A stretch of 51,645 nt of DNA, filler included, from Ionaspis alba (taxonomy: Eukaryota), in assembly GCA_964255285.1 (NCBI GenBank). It is 2 parts of 2 records of this genome, joined end to end, with 100 filler letters (N's around TTAATTAATTAA, not from the genome) between each part and the next. Parts side by side here need not be neighbours in the genome. Positions count along the whole stretch, not along the records: positions 25,891 to 51,645 come from CAXUUL010000155.1; 1 more part is not named here. The stretch is one strand, 5' to 3'. Made by a program: the position numbers and the translations under genes. Within the stretch, counting starts at the first letter, position 1, and each line of letters starts with the position of its first letter. Positions 49,882 to 51,645 of this stretch are shown here, piece after piece. The notes beneath the pieces were generated by a model. That model did not search any database and was not told where the DNA came from. It was given only the letters and a program-made list of their open reading frames with translations.

Positions 49882-51645
49882 ATGCCTCCGTCATTGCCAC
49901 AAATGTTACCACATCGTGGCCATCGCAGTCCACACCTGAAATCAACGGCTGTCTCCCAGTCGTCCTTCTTTCCGACAGGGTCAAGAACAAATAGGTGCCC
50001 GACGAGCCATCCAGCTCTCAACGACGGTCCCAGAGTCGGCGTAGTGCCTCCAGATCATGGACTCGACAAGAGCACCAAAACGGCCTACGGGCAAGCTGAG
50101 ATGGGTCACGATCCGAATGCCGCGGAATGGTTTGACGATTCGAACAACAACGCGTTAAGAAATCGAAATATAACCTTTGTAGATGGTATGTTCTACCTAC
50201 CTTTTCATTTCCTTCCTGACCCACGAACTGATGTGAATGATAGACGACCCACCATTTTATCTGAACAACAGACCTTCCTCCGCACTCGATCTTACGGGAT
50301 GTAATGCCTCGAAACAATCCACCAAGTCAGACTCCGCCGAGCATCTCTTCCCAGGTTGTTCTGCTTTCACGAGGATAGATTCTGCCCGGAGCACAAGCGA
50401 GGATTTCCGAAGTGTGATAGATGACTTGACAGTGGAAAACCGAAGACTCAGACAACGACTGAGACGATACGAACGAATCTACTATCCGCACCTAGAAAAC
50501 GACAAAATCTTCGAGGTAAGGATCCACGGTTTACCACCACCAAAGAAGAGGAAGTTTGAAGAAACATTGAGAGAATTTGCATCTGGGCTCGGCGATCTCG
50601 TTGAGAAATCTCCCTCTATCCCAGATCAGCCACGATCGTCATTACCATTCCTATACACAGTTCCTGGACCTAAACCATCCTCCTCATCGACATCTGCCTC
50701 ACGACCGATCGACTCAGCCTACGCATCAATGTCCACATCTGGCAGAGCCTCAGCCTCTCAATCACAGCATCGAAATGCGCCCAAACCAGCACAAGCGACA
50801 CAGACTACCAAGGATCGGAAAGTCGAATCATACTTGCAAGACATTCATCACGGTCTATTCCCTAAACACTCTCCTGTCATGAGTGAAAAGGCCAAGAAAC
50901 GATTGGTAGCTCGAAGATTGGAACGCATCTTTACTGGGAAACGATCACCGACGTCGAAACATAGTCAATCTCTGCAACAACAAGAAGTGTCACAGTCGGC
51001 TGCTCAAGCTGACCGAACCGTTATCGAAGCAAGAGGGCAACGAGTCGGTGCAGAAGGCAATCGTGAAGCAAGGATTCTACCATCAACCAGGGCATTGCAC
51101 TCATCTTCTTTACGAGAGGGTCACTTCGCCGTTCTACCACGCCGGACTAGTGATTCCGGCGATTCTGTATCCGGTGTAACAAACGCCAGCAGTCGCGTCA
51201 CTCCCGATCAACGGCCGACTCGGCCACTAGATCTTGACCCTTATCGGGCTCAGATTCCGGAGGACAATATAGAATACATTTGCCACTTGGGCCTCGGATC
51301 ACCGAACATGGCAACCATTTCACAGACCGGAAAGCCAGGTGGCTGGGTGTATCTCAACCTCCTTATCAGTATGGCACAACTTCATACCATCAACGTTACT
51401 CCAGAGTTCGTCAGGAAAGCTGTGACTGAAGTTAGTACCAAATTTGAGCTTTCGGAAGACGGTACGAAGATCAGGTGGAAGGGTGGTTCTCAAGGCACTT
51501 ACACGAGTAGCGATAGCGGCAGTGGTGAATTTCAGGAAGATGAACCTTCTGCGGACGATGCCAATGACACCAATGATGCACCGCCCAGCAGGTCTCGCAA
51601 TCCAGCCTCCGACCAACAGTCGGAAGCGGACCCCCTTATGTTCGA
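49882..51645 (+). CDS. frq: Circadian clock protein FREQUENCY, 5' part (runs off the window); intron 50186-50243
   Basis: AEWFDDSN...FVD|DDPPFY; coiled coil EDFRSVIDDLTVENRRLRQRLRRYE; KIFEVRIHGLPPPKKRKFEETLREFA (NLS); KKRLVARRLERIFTGK (FCD1); QRPTRPLDLDP; GWVYLNLLISMAQLHTINVTPEFVRKAV (FCD2); KIRWKGG. Confidence 0.95.

Noticed and set aside
51320..51616. Antisense ORF within frq as evidence of qrf
   Set aside because: Shadow ORF; qrf is non-coding and cannot be inferred from sequence
1..51645. tRNA/rRNA genes, CRISPR arrays, secondary-metabolite cluster, intact transposons
   Set aside because: None recognised by eye; no PKS, NRPS, RT or DDE domain seen. tRNAscan-SE or Infernal would be needed to exclude small RNAs

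Overview
Intron-containing genomic DNA from a filamentous ascomycete (Pezizomycotina; gene content suggests Eurotiomycetes/Chaetothyriomycetidae or Lecanoromycetes, which is inference). The window probably spans two scaffolds joined by an artificial N44-TTAATTAATTAA-N44 linker at 25791-25890, and has two 100-N gaps flanked by exact 55-bp duplications. It is mostly gene-dense housekeeping sequence: SPC2, EMC3, an MscS-like channel, tubB-type alpha-tubulin, RPF2, MTD1, MET18/MMS19, GRX4, a gamma-butyrobetaine-type dioxygenase, TPC1, an NmrA-like reductase, MRPL22, a MOT1-type molybdate transporter, LMW-PTP, class I chitin synthase, BSD2 and CBP6. Less routine items: the 5' part of the circadian clock gene frequency (frq; its main exon is missed by the ORF track) with candidate light/clock elements and uORFs; a HeLo/SesA-like + ankyrin protein with no NOD domain and a C-terminal 11-mer repeat; an intron-containing, HTH-only Tc1/IS630-type transposase derivative; a MITE-like insertion; a Cys/His-motif fungal protein; and a gene end carrying a Som1-like motif. 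All family calls are from motif recognition by eye; no searches were run. No clearly new multi-gene system is demonstrable from the sequence alone.
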